64,000 nucleotides of DNA from a phage. Both the position numbers and the translations under genes were made by a program. Of the stretch, positions 1-9,783 are shown in pieces; the first letter of the stretch is position 1; every line of letters starts with the position of its first letter. The notes under the pieces are model-generated. The model was not told the origin of the DNA and did no database searches. It was given only the letters and a program-made list of their open reading frames with translations. The DNA lies in the NCBI GenBank assembly GCA_016390365.1, contig GCA_016390365.1_3043.1; one strand, 5' to 3'.

Positions 1-939
1 ATGTACAATATTAAATGCCTGACCAAAAACGAACAAGCTGAAATTGTTAAACTGTATTCAAGCGGTAATTACACCCAGCAGGAATTGGCTGATTGGCAAG
101 GTGTATCGGTTGACACAATCCGTCGTGTTTTGAAAAATGCTGAAGAAGCTAAACGCTCTAAAGTTACTATTAGCGGTGATATTACAGTTAAAGTTAATAG
201 CGATGTAGCTATTGCTCCAGTTGCTAAATCTGATATTATTTGGAATGCTTCTAAAAAATTCATTTCAATTACTGTTGACGGTGTAACTTATAACGCAACT
301 CCTAATACTCATTCAAACTTCCAGGAAATTCTTAATCTGCTTGTAGCAGATAAGCTGGAAGAAGCTGCACAAAAAATTAATGTTCGTCGCGCTGTTGAAA
401 AATATATTTCCGGCGATGTTCGAATTGAAGGTGGAAGCTTGTTCTATCAAAATATTGAATTGCGATCTGGTTTGGTTGATCGTATTCTCGACTCGATGGA
501 AAAAGGTGAAAACTTTGAATTTTATTTTCCGTTCTTGGAAAATCTGCTGGAAAACCCAAGCCAAAAAGCGGTATCTCGACTCTTTGATTTCTTGGTAGCA
601 AATGATATTGAAATTACAGAAGATGGCTACTTCTATGCTTGGAAAGTAGTTCGCAGCAATTACTTTGACTGTCACTCAAACACCTTTGATAACAGTCCGG
701 GTAAAGTAGTTAAAATGCCACGTACTCGTGTGAATGACGATGATACACAAACTTGTTCTCGTGGTCTGCATGTGTGTTCTAAATCTTATATTCGTCACTT
801 TGGCAGTTCAACTAGCCGAGTTGTAAAAGTTAAGGTTCATCCTCGCGATGTAGTATCAATTCCGATTGATTACAACGACGCTAAAATGCGTACCTGCCAA
901 TACGAAGTAGTTGAAGACGTTACTGAACAATTTAAATAA
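1..939 (+). CDS. rIIB: rIIB protein (rapid-lysis, membrane-associated)
   Basis: 312-aa ORF starting at window position 1; sequence (MYNIKCLTKNEQAEIVKLY...) matches T4 rIIB from memory. Confidence 0.93.
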   Translation: MYNIKCLTKNEQAEIVKLYSSGNYTQQELADWQGVSVDTIRRVLKNAEEAKRSKVTISGDITVKVNSDVAIAPVAKSDIIWNASKKFISITVDGVTYNATPNTHSNFQEILNLLVADKLEEAAQKINVRRAVEKYISGDVRIEGGSLFYQNIELRSGLVDRILDSMEKGENFEFYFPFLENLLENPSQKAVSRLFDFLVANDIEITEDGYFYAWKVVRSNYFDCHSNTFDNSPGKVVKMPRTRVNDDDTQTCSRGLHVCSKSYIRHFGSSTSRVVKVKVHPRDVVSIPIDYNDAKMRTCQYEVVEDVTEQFK

Positions 940-971
940 GGGCTTCGGCCCTTATCACATTAAGGAAAATT

Positions 972-1166
972 ATGTTAGGTTATCAAGCACGAGTAAAAGA
1001 AGAATACGATCAATTAATGCTCAAAATTAATGCACTGAGCAAATTTTTAGAAAGCGCAAAGTTTCTAACAGTTAGTGCAGTTGAGCAAGAATTACTGCTT
1101 TCACAGTTTATCTCAATGAAATCTTATGCTGACTGTTTAGAGAAAAGAATTGAACAATTCAAATAA
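972..1166 (+). CDS. hypothetical small protein
   Basis: 64-aa ORF flanked by two identical C(UUCG)G hairpins; no recognisable motif. Confidence 0.45.
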   Translation: MLGYQARVKEEYDQLMLKINALSKFLESAKFLTVSAVEQELLLSQFISMKSYADCLEKRIEQFK

Positions 1167-1168
1167 AT

Positions 1169-1191
1169 AAGGGCTTCGGCCCTTTTGTTTT
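1169..1191 (+). terminator. rho-independent terminator (CUUCGG tetraloop hairpin)
   Basis: AAGGGCTTCGGCCCTT followed by TTGTTTT. Confidence 0.6.
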
Positions 1192-1250
1192 AAGGTAAAT
1201 TATGATTTATTGTATGAATATCGGTGATTCCGACATAAAGGAAAGTTTAA

Positions 1251-1808
1251 ATGCAGAAAACGAATCCTGGGTTACAGAGACTATTTCAGATTCCGACATT
1301 TACTCTATCTAACAGCGATTTAACCAATGAAATGAAGGTCAAAATTGCTGATACAGCAAGATACTCTTTAAAACAAAATCCGAACCAGGATAAGGCAGAA
1401 GTTATCGAAAGATGCCGTATCGCTGTGTACGCAGAGTTTTTTGTGGCAGATTGGCTAAGCGGATATGTTAACAAAGGTCAAGAAGATGTCGATGATCCGT
1501 ACACGTATGCATGGGATGTTTTAGCACATCCAAAATACTGTGGGCTCCGTGTAGAAGTTAAGACACATCAAACTGACTCACGTTGGATTTCGGTAACAAC
1601 AGGATGCAGCGGAGAGTATCCATATGGTTCTGGAATAAATCTAGGGCCCATTCTAAATCATCAAGTCGCTGACTGTATAATTATATTCAACACTAAAGAA
1701 ATTCATCCAGGTGTCATCCAGTACACTCCGAAGTTCATCGGTGACAGAGAAGACCTTCGTAAAGTTGTAAGAAAAAGCAACTACAGCGGATGGTATCTTT
1801 CCATTTAA
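1251..1808 (+). CDS. denB: endonuclease IV (cytosine-DNA specific)
   Basis: 185-aa ORF; length and sequence consistent with T4 DenB; position next to rIIB. Confidence 0.88.
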   Translation: MQKTNPGLQRLFQIPTFTLSNSDLTNEMKVKIADTARYSLKQNPNQDKAEVIERCRIAVYAEFFVADWLSGYVNKGQEDVDDPYTYAWDVLAHPKYCGLRVEVKTHQTDSRWISVTTGCSGEYPYGSGINLGPILNHQVADCIIIFNTKEIHPGVIQYTPKFIGDREDLRKVVRKSNYSGWYLSI

Positions 1809-1824
1809 AAAATTTCACAAAACA

Positions 1825-1854
1825 GTTTACATACCACAAGGACCGTGGTACTAT
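1825..1854 (+). promoter_or_regulatory. T4 early-type promoter
   Basis: -35 GTTTAC at 1825, 18-nt spacer, -10 TACTAT at 1849. Confidence 0.55.
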
Positions 1855-1891
1855 ACAACTATCAACTACTGATACGGATTTGGAGAATAAA

Positions 1892-2155
1892 ATGAAATTT
1901 AAATTTTATTACGCTAAACATAAAATAACTGATGAGTTTGTGTCAGTTGAATATTCGAGCGATGATGAAGGCATGATTTATACTCGCTTAGGATTATCGC
2001 ATTGGGAGTCCGATCAGCCTTATTTTTCAACTCCTGAAGAAATTACACGCTTAGTTAATGGTCATATGAATGACCACTGGAATGTAATTCTTTCAGATAG
2101 TCTTAAAGCGGCTATTAATAGTAATGAAATGAAAATCGCTGAGATTGAACTATGA
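1892..2155 (+). CDS. hypothetical protein
   Basis: ATG at 1892 preceded by GGAGAATAAA and an early-type promoter; start chosen inside track ORF 1790..2155. Confidence 0.5.
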   Translation: MKFKFYYAKHKITDEFVSVEYSSDDEGMIYTRLGLSHWESDQPYFSTPEEITRLVNGHMNDHWNVILSDSLKAAINSNEMKIAEIEL

Positions 2156-2340
2156 GTTCACTATGGTGGTGTTTTGTTTGGTTAATTAGTATTCCAGTAA
2201 TTTGTTTAACATTTACTTTTGTGATGAGGTTATTATGAAAATTTTTAATTCTGTACTTATTGCTTGTGCGTGGTGGGTTGCACAAGTTTCGGCAGTAGTG
2301 ATTGGTATTCACATTTATTACGAATATTTTTAAAAAAGTT

Positions 2341-2370
2341 GTTTACAAGACTGTTCTTCCGTGGTACTAT
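2341..2370 (+). promoter_or_regulatory. T4 early-type promoter
   Basis: GTTTAC at 2341 and TACTAT at 2365; same architecture as other copies. Confidence 0.55.
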
Positions 2371-2398
2371 TACCCTATCAACTACGGAGGAACAGAAA

Positions 2399-2512
2399 AT
2401 GAAAAAGATTGTTAAAGCTATATGGAATGTAGTTATAATACTAGTAGTTTTGAGTATATTCCCAATCGTTTTAATGATTGATGTATTAAACGTTTACTTT
2501 GGATTTATGTGA
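2399..2512 (+). CDS. small hydrophobic membrane peptide
   Basis: 37-aa ORF, ATG at 2399 after GGAGGAACAGAAA; hydrophobic core; downstream of early promoter. Confidence 0.35.
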   Translation: MKKIVKAIWNVVIILVVLSIFPIVLMIDVLNVYFGFM

Positions 2513-2519
2513 GGAAAAT

Positions 2520-2717
2520 ATGAAGCGTAAACGCAGTGCTTTTACATTTATTGAATGGTTTTTCGATAATATTTTTCCGGCTTTGTTCATTTTCATGCTG
2601 ATTTTTGCCTTAGGTTCAGTTGTAGTTGGAATCTATTTGATGGCGGTAGTTGGAATGGACATTCATCAAAATGGTTTAAAATCCGTGGTTGAAACAATTT
2701 GGAATGGTGTAAAATGA
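2520..2717 (+). CDS. small membrane protein
   Basis: ATG at 2520 after GAGGAAAAT; one predicted TM segment (FIFMLIFALGSVVVGIYLMAVV). Confidence 0.4.
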   Translation: MKRKRSAFTFIEWFFDNIFPALFIFMLIFALGSVVVGIYLMAVVGMDIHQNGLKSVVETIWNGVK

Positions 2718-2832
2718 TGAATTTGCTGAGCGGTTGGTTTTATATTCTTATGTTTTACATTGGCGCAAATTTCCCATATTGGATGGGATGGTCAACAACT
2801 GCGTTTGGATTTTATACTCCTTGAGGTGAATT

Positions 2833-3048
2833 ATGAAAATCTTTAAAGATGTAAAAGTTGGTGAAATTTTTTGTTTAGATAATGGTGATCAGTTAATTCG
2901 TATTTCACCTCTTAAGAGCGCTAGCGAGAAACCGACAGTTAATGCTACTTTAGCAAATAACAGTAATGAACGTTTCTGTATTGAAAATGATACTGAAACT
3001 TATACCGTAGAAGAGTTTTGGGAATTGAGCGTCGACTGCGACGATTAA
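2833..3048 (+). CDS. hypothetical protein
   Basis: 71-aa ORF with RBS GAGGTGAATT upstream. Confidence 0.5.
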   Translation: MKIFKDVKVGEIFCLDNGDQLIRISPLKSASEKPTVNATLANNSNERFCIENDTETYTVEEFWELSVDCDD

Positions 3049-3108
3049 TTTAATGGCCGCGTGTATTCATGCGGCCTTGGAGTAGAAAATAATTTAGAGG
3101 AAATTAAT

Positions 3109-3567
3109 ATGAAATATATGACTGCTACTGATCTGAATAATGCGGGCGCTACCGTTATTGGTACAATCAAGAACGGTGAATGGTTTTTGGGAACTCCGCA
3201 TAAAGACTTTTTATCTAAACCTGGATTTTACTTTTTAGTGAGTAAATTAGATGGTCGTCCATTTAGTAATCCATGCGTGTCTGCACGATTTTATGTAGGT
3301 AATCAGCGTTCTAAGCAAGGATTCAGTGCAGTTCTAAGTCATATTCGTCAACGTCGGTCTCAGCTTGCACGTACTATTGCAAATAACAATGTTCCATACG
3401 CAGTATTTTATCTGCCTGCTTCTAAGATGAAACCTCTGACGACGGGATTTGGAAAAGGACAGTTAGCTTTAGCGTTTACTCGTAATCATCATTCTGAGTA
3501 TCAAACACTTGAAGAAATGAACCGTATGTTGGCTGATAATTTTAAATTCGTTTTGCAGGCATATTAA
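3109..3567 (+). CDS. ndd: nucleoid disruption protein
   Basis: 152-aa ORF from ATG 3109 ([11 protein letters not shown]...); matches T4 Ndd from memory; track ORF begins upstream at 3061. Confidence 0.88.
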
Positions 3568-3647
3568 TGAGTAATTTCCACAACGAACACGTGATGCAGT
3601 TCTATCGTAATAATCTTAAAACTAAAGGCGTCTTCGGACGCCAGTGA
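3567..3647 (+). CDS. stp: Stp peptide (suppressor of pseT mutations; PrrC anticodon-nuclease activator)
   Basis: 26-aa [29 protein letters not shown], below the track size cutoff; ATG overlaps ndd stop (TAATG). Confidence 0.85.
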
Positions 3648-3654
3648 GGAAAAT

Positions 3655-3813
3655 ATGAATATCGCAAAATTATTAGGAGTTATTTCATTTATTTGTTGGA
3701 TAGTAGCATGTGTTTTAACTATCTGTATTGATGCCAGCAGTGTGTTTTCGCAAGCTTTAGCTCAGGGTATGTGTGCATATTTAACATTTGTGTTGTTATC
3801 TACTAATGATTAA
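3655..3813 (+). CDS. small hydrophobic membrane protein (possible ac)
   Basis: 52-aa ORF, ATG 3655 after GAGGAAAAT; strongly hydrophobic; position matches T4 ac between stp and gene 52. Confidence 0.4.
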   Translation: MNIAKLLGVISFICWIVACVLTICIDASSVFSQALAQGMCAYLTFVLLSTND

Positions 3814-3946
3814 GAAAATCTTGGGCTATTCATTAGCCCTTGTTATTTTATTGATAGCATTATATTACGGAATAATGTTCGGATTAATTCAAGTCGTGCT
3901 TTTCATTTCTGATGTTATTATGGCACTACATTCACTAGTATGGTAA
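3806..3946 (+). CDS. small hydrophobic membrane peptide
   Basis: 46-aa hydrophobic ORF overlapping the previous ORF end; low confidence. Confidence 0.3.
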   Translation: MIKKILGYSLALVILLIALYYGIMFGLIQVVLFISDVIMALHSLVW

Positions 3947-3950
3947 ATTT

Positions 3951-5279
3951 ATGCAACTGAATAATCGTGATTTAAAAAGTATCATTGATAATGAAGCATT
4001 GGCTTATGCTATGTACACGGTTGAAAATCGTGCCATTCCAAATATGATTGACGGATTTAAGCCAGTTCAACGATTTGTTATTGCTCGAGCTCTTGATTTG
4101 GCACGAGGAAATAAAGATAAGTTTCACAAACTCGCTTCTATCGCAGGCGGTGTAGCGGACCTTGGATATCATCATGGTGAAAACTCTGCGCAAGACGCAG
4201 GTGCTTTGATGGCTAACACTTGGAATAATAACTTTCCTCTGTTAGACGGTCAAGGAAACTTTGGTTCTCGTACTGTCCAAAAGGCAGCAGCAAGTCGTTA
4301 TATTTTTGCTCGTGTAAGTAAAAATTTCTATAACGTATATAAAGATACTGAATATGCTCCGGTACATCAAGATAAAGAACACATTCCGCCTGCTTTCTAT
4401 TTGCCTGTTATTCCTACTGTTCTTCTTAATGGCGTTTCCGGTATTGCAACTGGTTATGCAACTTACATTCTTCCTCATAGTGTTTCTTCTGTCAAGAAAG
4501 CTGTACTGCAAGCTCTTCAAGGAAAGAAAGTAACTAAACCGAAGGTAGAATTCCCAGAATTTCGTGGTGAAGTCGTTGAAATTGATGGGCAATATGAAAT
4601 TCGTGGAACATACAAGTTTACTTCACGAACTCAAATGCATATCACTGAGATTCCATATAAGTATGATCGTGAAACTTATGTGAGTAAAATCTTAGACCCG
4701 CTTGAAGATAAAGGCTTCATTACATGGGATGATGCTTGTGGTGAGCATGGCTTTGGCTTCAAAGTTAAATTCCGCAAAGAATACTCTTTGAGCGATAACG
4801 AAGAAGAACGCCATGCAAAAATTATGAAAGACTTCGGGTTGATTGAGCGTCGTTCTCAGAATATTACGGTTATTAATGAGAAAGGAAAACTACAAGTTTA
4901 CGATAACGTGGTTGATTTAATTAAAGACTTCGTTGAAGTTCGTAAAACTTATGTCCAAAAACGAATTGATAACAAAATTAAAGAAACTGAATCAGCATTT
5001 CGTTTAGCCTTTGCCAAGGCGCATTTCATTAAGAAAGTAATTTCAGGTGAAATTGTTGTGCAGGGTAAAACTCGCAAAGAACTGACCGAAGAACTTTCTA
5101 AAATTGATATGTATTCTTCTTATGTTGATAAACTAGTCGGAATGAATATTTTTCATATGACTTCCGACGAAGCAAAGAAACTTGCTGAAGAAGCTAAAGC
5201 TAAGAAAGAAGAAAACGAATATTGGAAAACTACTGATGTAGTTACCGAATACACTAAAGATTTAGAGGAAATCAAATGA
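3951..5279 (+). CDS. 52: DNA topoisomerase II medium subunit (GyrA-like)
   Basis: 442-aa ORF; sequence matches T4 gp52 from memory (MQLNNRDLKSIIDNEALAYAMYTVENRAIPN...). Confidence 0.95.
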   Translation: MQLNNRDLKSIIDNEALAYAMYTVENRAIPNMIDGFKPVQRFVIARALDLARGNKDKFHKLASIAGGVADLGYHHGENSAQDAGALMANTWNNNFPLLDGQGNFGSRTVQKAAASRYIFARVSKNFYNVYKDTEYAPVHQDKEHIPPAFYLPVIPTVLLNGVSGIATGYATYILPHSVSSVKKAVLQALQGKKVTKPKVEFPEFRGEVVEIDGQYEIRGTYKFTSRTQMHITEIPYKYDRETYVSKILDPLEDKGFITWDDACGEHGFGFKVKFRKEYSLSDNEEERHAKIMKDFGLIERRSQNITVINEKGKLQVYDNVVDLIKDFVEVRKTYVQKRIDNKIKETESAFRLAFAKAHFIKKVISGEIVVQGKTRKELTEELSKIDMYSSYVDKLVGMNIFHMTSDEAKKLAEEAKAKKEENEYWKTTDVVTEYTKDLEEIK

Positions 5280-5425
5280 GTCCATTCATAGGTATTACAA
5301 GCGCTGCATTAGTATCTGGTGGCATTTTACTGGCGGGTTTAGGTGTTGTTCCAGCCGTAGCAGGAGGTCTTCTTGCGTTCGGAATTCAACGTGTTATCAT
5401 GATAGTAATCGCGTTTGAACAGTAA
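5276..5425 (+). CDS. small membrane protein
   Basis: 49-aa hydrophobic ORF, ATG overlaps gene 52 stop (ATGA); followed by a strong terminator. Confidence 0.4.
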   Translation: MSPFIGITSAALVSGGILLAGLGVVPAVAGGLLAFGIQRVIMIVIAFEQ

Positions 5426-5430
5426 TTTTA

Positions 5431-5458
5431 GGGAGAGCCGAGGCTCTCCCTTTTTTAT
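5431..5458 (+). terminator. rho-independent terminator
   Basis: GGGAGAGCCGAGGCTCTCCC followed by TTTTTTATTTT. Confidence 0.75.
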
Positions 5459-5481
5459 TTTAAAATTTTTTTCACAAAACG

Positions 5482-5511
5482 GTTTACAACCAAAGCATAC
5501 TGTGGTACTAT
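5482..5511 (+). promoter_or_regulatory. T4 early-type promoter upstream of motA
   Basis: GTTTAC at 5482 and TACTAT at 5506; A/T-rich UP-like tract upstream. Confidence 0.6.
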
Positions 5512-5552
5512 ACAACTATCAACTACTGATACAGAATTACGGAGATTAGAAA

Positions 5553-6188
5553 ATGTCTAAAGTAACTTACATCATCAAAGCTTCTAACGATGTTCTGAAT
5601 GAAAAAACTGCTGCGATTTTAATTACTATTGCTAAGAAAGATTTCATTACAGCTGCAGAAGTTCGTGAGGTGCATCCAGATTTAGGTAACGCAGTAGTTA
5701 ATAGTAATATTGGGGTATTGATTAAAAAAGGCCTAGTGGAGAAATCTGGTGATGGATTAATCATTACTGGTGAAGCTCAGGATATTATTTCAAACGCAGC
5801 AACTTTATACGCACAGGAAAATGCTCCTGAACTGCTGAAAAAACGAGCAACTCGTAAAGCTCGCGAAATTACTTCTGATATGGAAGAAGATAAAGACTTC
5901 ATGTTAAAACTTTTAGATGAAAATGGATTTGTTCTTAAAAAGGTTGAAACTTATCGTAGTAACTATCTCGCTATTTTAGAAAAACGTACTCACGGAATTC
6001 GTAATTTTGAAATTAACAACAATGGAAATATGCGAATTTTTGGATACAAAATGATGGAACATCATATTCAGAAATTTACTGATATCGGAATGTCATGTAA
6101 AATTGCTAAAAACGGTAATGTGTATCTTGACATTAAACGCTCGGAAGAAAACATTGAAGCAGTAATCACTGTAGCATCTGAACTGTGA
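5553..6188 (+). CDS. motA: middle-promoter transcription activator MotA
   Basis: 211-aa ORF matching T4 MotA in length and sequence; early promoter upstream. Confidence 0.93.
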   Translation: MSKVTYIIKASNDVLNEKTAAILITIAKKDFITAAEVREVHPDLGNAVVNSNIGVLIKKGLVEKSGDGLIITGEAQDIISNAATLYAQENAPELLKKRATRKAREITSDMEEDKDFMLKLLDENGFVLKKVETYRSNYLAILEKRTHGIRNFEINNNGNMRIFGYKMMEHHIQKFTDIGMSCKIAKNGNVYLDIKRSEENIEAVITVASEL

Positions 6189-6198
6189 GGAATAAATA

Positions 6199-6528
6199 AT
6201 GAACAAGTTAGAAATTGTTAATGAACTTCGCCGTTGTGCAGAACCCACTCAAGAGGGGTGGGACATCTGGTACCACGGAGCTTATCTTGGAACTATCGTA
6301 AAGATTAAGACTGGTAAATACATGATTATTCGTGAAAGTAAAGATGCTCCAGTAGGTATTCGCAATAATTTTATGGCGGCGATAAGTTCATTTACGGATG
6401 CAGCTTACGAAATTTACCTTGCTGATTATAAAGAATTCCAGGAATCTCAACCAGTTATTCGCTCAATTGGTGTTAACAAAGCTCAACAGAAAACTTTGTG
6501 GCAGCGTATTAAAGGATGGTTTAAATGA
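6199..6528 (+). CDS. hypothetical protein
   Basis: 109-aa ORF tightly packed after motA; no motif recognised. Confidence 0.55.
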   Translation: MNKLEIVNELRRCAEPTQEGWDIWYHGAYLGTIVKIKTGKYMIIRESKDAPVGIRNNFMAAISSFTDAAYEIYLADYKEFQESQPVIRSIGVNKAQQKTLWQRIKGWFK

Positions 6529-6986
6529 AAACTTTTAAAGAACGTTTAGCTCTGTTAGATAAAGCTTTGTCACGTGAGACTCCAGAAAGTCTGGCTGCTA
6601 AATTAGCTTCTTACAGTGGTGAATACACAGAACAAAATGTTTTAGATGAAGTTCCTGAAATCTGTTGGCAGACTGCGTATTGGGATGAAAACCAAAAGTA
6701 TCAACGACGAATTGTTTGCGCAGCCAACCGTTTTAAATTAAAAGATGGACGAACTCTTGTTATTCCAGGTGCTCGTCATTATTCTAAAGATATGGCCGAA
6801 GTTTTAGATGTAGTTAAACCTCAATTAGTTACTCAACAAGTTTGTGATGATGACCAAGGGTTTATTGACCAATATAGTAATTATTGGACACGTGAAGAAG
6901 CAATGATTATTGCAACTTACGCTGGACAAGTACGTATTGAACGTGGTGGTAGTGAAAAAGAACTTTACTCTGAGGACCTTTACTAA
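6525..6986 (+). CDS. hypothetical protein
   Basis: 153-aa ORF, start overlaps previous stop (ATGA); no motif recognised. Confidence 0.55.
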   Translation: MKTFKERLALLDKALSRETPESLAAKLASYSGEYTEQNVLDEVPEICWQTAYWDENQKYQRRIVCAANRFKLKDGRTLVIPGARHYSKDMAEVLDVVKPQLVTQQVCDDDQGFIDQYSNYWTREEAMIIATYAGQVRIERGGSEKELYSEDLY

Positions 6987-7282
6987 TGAATATTAAAAAG
7001 TTTCAAATTGATGGAATTACTAATCAAATCCAGGCACTAGAATATGCCAATAAAATGATGTCAACTAATTGGGGAATTTATACCAATGAGCCGGGATTTA
7101 AGTTCTGCGATATGGAATTCGCCAAAAAGCTTGTAGGAAAAGATTATGTATGTCCATTTAGTTCTCCAGTAAATGGAATGCTAAAACCTGCTTTACGCGA
7201 TCTTTATATTGCGATGAACGAAGAGATGATAAAAGAGCTAAAACGTCAACTGAAGGTGATTCAATTTGGCCAGGGAAATTAA
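6986..7282 (+). CDS. hypothetical protein
   Basis: 98-aa ORF, start overlaps previous stop. Confidence 0.55.
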   Translation: MNIKKFQIDGITNQIQALEYANKMMSTNWGIYTNEPGFKFCDMEFAKKLVGKDYVCPFSSPVNGMLKPALRDLYIAMNEEMIKELKRQLKVIQFGQGN

Positions 7283-7484
7283 TTCAAAATCTGACTATTT
7301 TAATTCTCTCAATGATAAAGATAAAAATCTAATACGGCATTTTATTGTTGAGATGGGATATATTGATACACGTGATTTAAGAGAACATATATTTGAATGT
7401 GGTGTAGCTAAAAAGTTTTCATTCACATGCAAATGTTTGAGAGAGGTAATTCAGCACTATGAACAATTTAGTCGCAAAACATAA
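7266..7484 (+). CDS. hypothetical protein (start uncertain)
   Basis: 72-aa track ORF overlapping previous gene; alternative internal start possible. Confidence 0.35.
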   Translation: MAREINSKSDYFNSLNDKDKNLIRHFIVEMGYIDTRDLREHIFECGVAKKFSFTCKCLREVIQHYEQFSRKT

Positions 7485-7567
7485 TTTTAATAAAGCTTCT
7501 GTTCATAAGGATAAGAAGAAAGCGTTTAAAGAATCTAATCGCAAACAGAAACATAAGGGGAAGGTCT

Positions 7568-7846
7568 ATGATTATTGATTCTCAATCTGTGGTTCAATAC
7601 ACAATCAAAATTGATATTCTAGAAAAGCTATATAAGTTTCTACCAAATTTATACCACTCAATTGTTAATGAATTAATTGAAGAACTACATCTTGAGAATA
7701 ATGATTTCTTGATTGGAACTTATAAAGACCTCTCAAAAGCAGGATATTTTTACGTAATTCCAGCTCCAGGAAAAAGTATTGATGATGTATTAAAAACTAT
7801 AATGATTTATGTCCATGATTATGAAATTGAAGATTATTTCGAATGA
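7568..7846 (+). CDS. arn: anti-restriction nuclease Arn (McrBC inhibitor)
   Basis: 92-aa acidic ORF immediately upstream of asiA; length and position match T4 arn. Confidence 0.6.
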   Translation: MIIDSQSVVQYTIKIDILEKLYKFLPNLYHSIVNELIEELHLENNDFLIGTYKDLSKAGYFYVIPAPGKSIDDVLKTIMIYVHDYEIEDYFE

Positions 7847-7995
7847 GTCATAATCTTGAAAAAGTAATCGAGCATAATGTAGCTCAGGAACGCGAGTCGT
7901 TCAAGGAATTCGTAGAAAAAATTTTTGAAGAAAATAACACAGACCAGTTTACAAATCAAGCGTCTGATGATATTATAATAAAGTCAACTAATTGA
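7843..7995 (+). CDS. small acidic hypothetical protein
   Basis: 50-aa ORF; ATG overlaps arn stop (ATGA); below track cutoff. Confidence 0.3.
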   Translation: MSHNLEKVIEHNVAQERESFKEFVEKIFEENNTDQFTNQASDDIIIKSTN

Positions 7996-8007
7996 GTGGT
8001 ATAGTTA

Positions 8008-8280
8008 ATGAATAAAAACATTGATACAGTTCGTGAAATTATTACTGTTGCGTCTATTTTGATTAAATTTTCCAGAGAAGATATTGTTGAGAATCGTGCT
8101 AATTTTATTGCATTTCTGAATGAGATTGGAGTAACGCATGAAGGTAGAAAGTTAAATCAGAATTCATTCCGTAAAATTGTTTCTGAATTAACCCAAGAAG
8201 ATAAGAAAACCCTCATCGACGAATTCAACGAGGGTTTTGAGGGTGTATATCGATATCTAGAGATGTATACAAACAAATAA
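8008..8280 (+). CDS. asiA: anti-sigma70 factor AsiA
   Basis: 90-aa ORF matching T4 AsiA (MNKNIDTVREIITVASILIKF...). Confidence 0.95.
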   Translation: MNKNIDTVREIITVASILIKFSREDIVENRANFIAFLNEIGVTHEGRKLNQNSFRKIVSELTQEDKKTLIDEFNEGFEGVYRYLEMYTNK

Positions 8281-8937
8281 TTATTTAGCCCTTCCTAATA
8301 TTCTGGCCGCCTGAGAACATATTGATTCAAGGCGGTCATTACTTATATGATCATTTCTATACCAGTACATGGTTATTGTTCCAGCATAGATATTATCCAA
8401 ATTGAAATATGGACAACTGTACATGTAATTTATTTCGGGAGTAGGCTTTTTAGTTGGTAAAAAAGCAAATTTTGAGTTGGAATAATAATGACGTCCATTT
8501 AAATGAACTGTGTATTCATCCATAGTTTTATCAACAGGATATCCTCCAAGTGATTTTTCAGTTATTGTTGAAGGTAATCTTCCTTCGTATGCTATAATAT
8601 CAACAAAATAGTTTAAGTTTTTAGGGCGGAAAGAATACACCGCACTAAAGTCTGCCTCAGATGATATATGAACTATCTGGAGTTGTTCCAGGGCGACAGA
8701 TTCAAAGCGTGCATTTCTTTCCTTTTCAATAATTTCACTGTATGTTTCATACTTTGATTGCTTATAGTACTCAAAGAAACTATCTCCCCTATACCAAACA
8801 ATCGCCATTATAAACAAAAGAATTACGACAGCTACCCGGGAAGCAAGAACTTTCCCGGTAGCATTATCTTTGAACAAGCGATCTAGAACACCAAATAGAA
8901 TATCAGAGGGCGAAAATGATATTCTAGGTGCTGCCAT
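8281..8937 (-). CDS. t: holin T
   Basis: 218-aa ORF with N-terminal TM segment and large periplasmic domain; matches T4 holin length and sequence. Confidence 0.93.
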   Translation of the reverse strand: MAAPRISFSPSDILFGVLDRLFKDNATGKVLASRVAVVILLFIMAIVWYRGDSFFEYYKQSKYETYSEIIEKERNARFESVALEQLQIVHISSEADFSAVYSFRPKNLNYFVDIIAYEGRLPSTITEKSLGGYPVDKTMDEYTVHLNGRHYYSNSKFAFLPTKKPTPEINYMYSCPYFNLDNIYAGTITMYWYRNDHISNDRLESICSQAARILGRAK

Positions 8938-8967
8938 AGACCCTCCTTTTAAGGGTATTTATTCACA

Positions 8968-9747
<780 letters not shown>

Positions 9748-9783
9748 AATTTATACTCCAAAGGGGGCATTTCCCCCTTGTTG

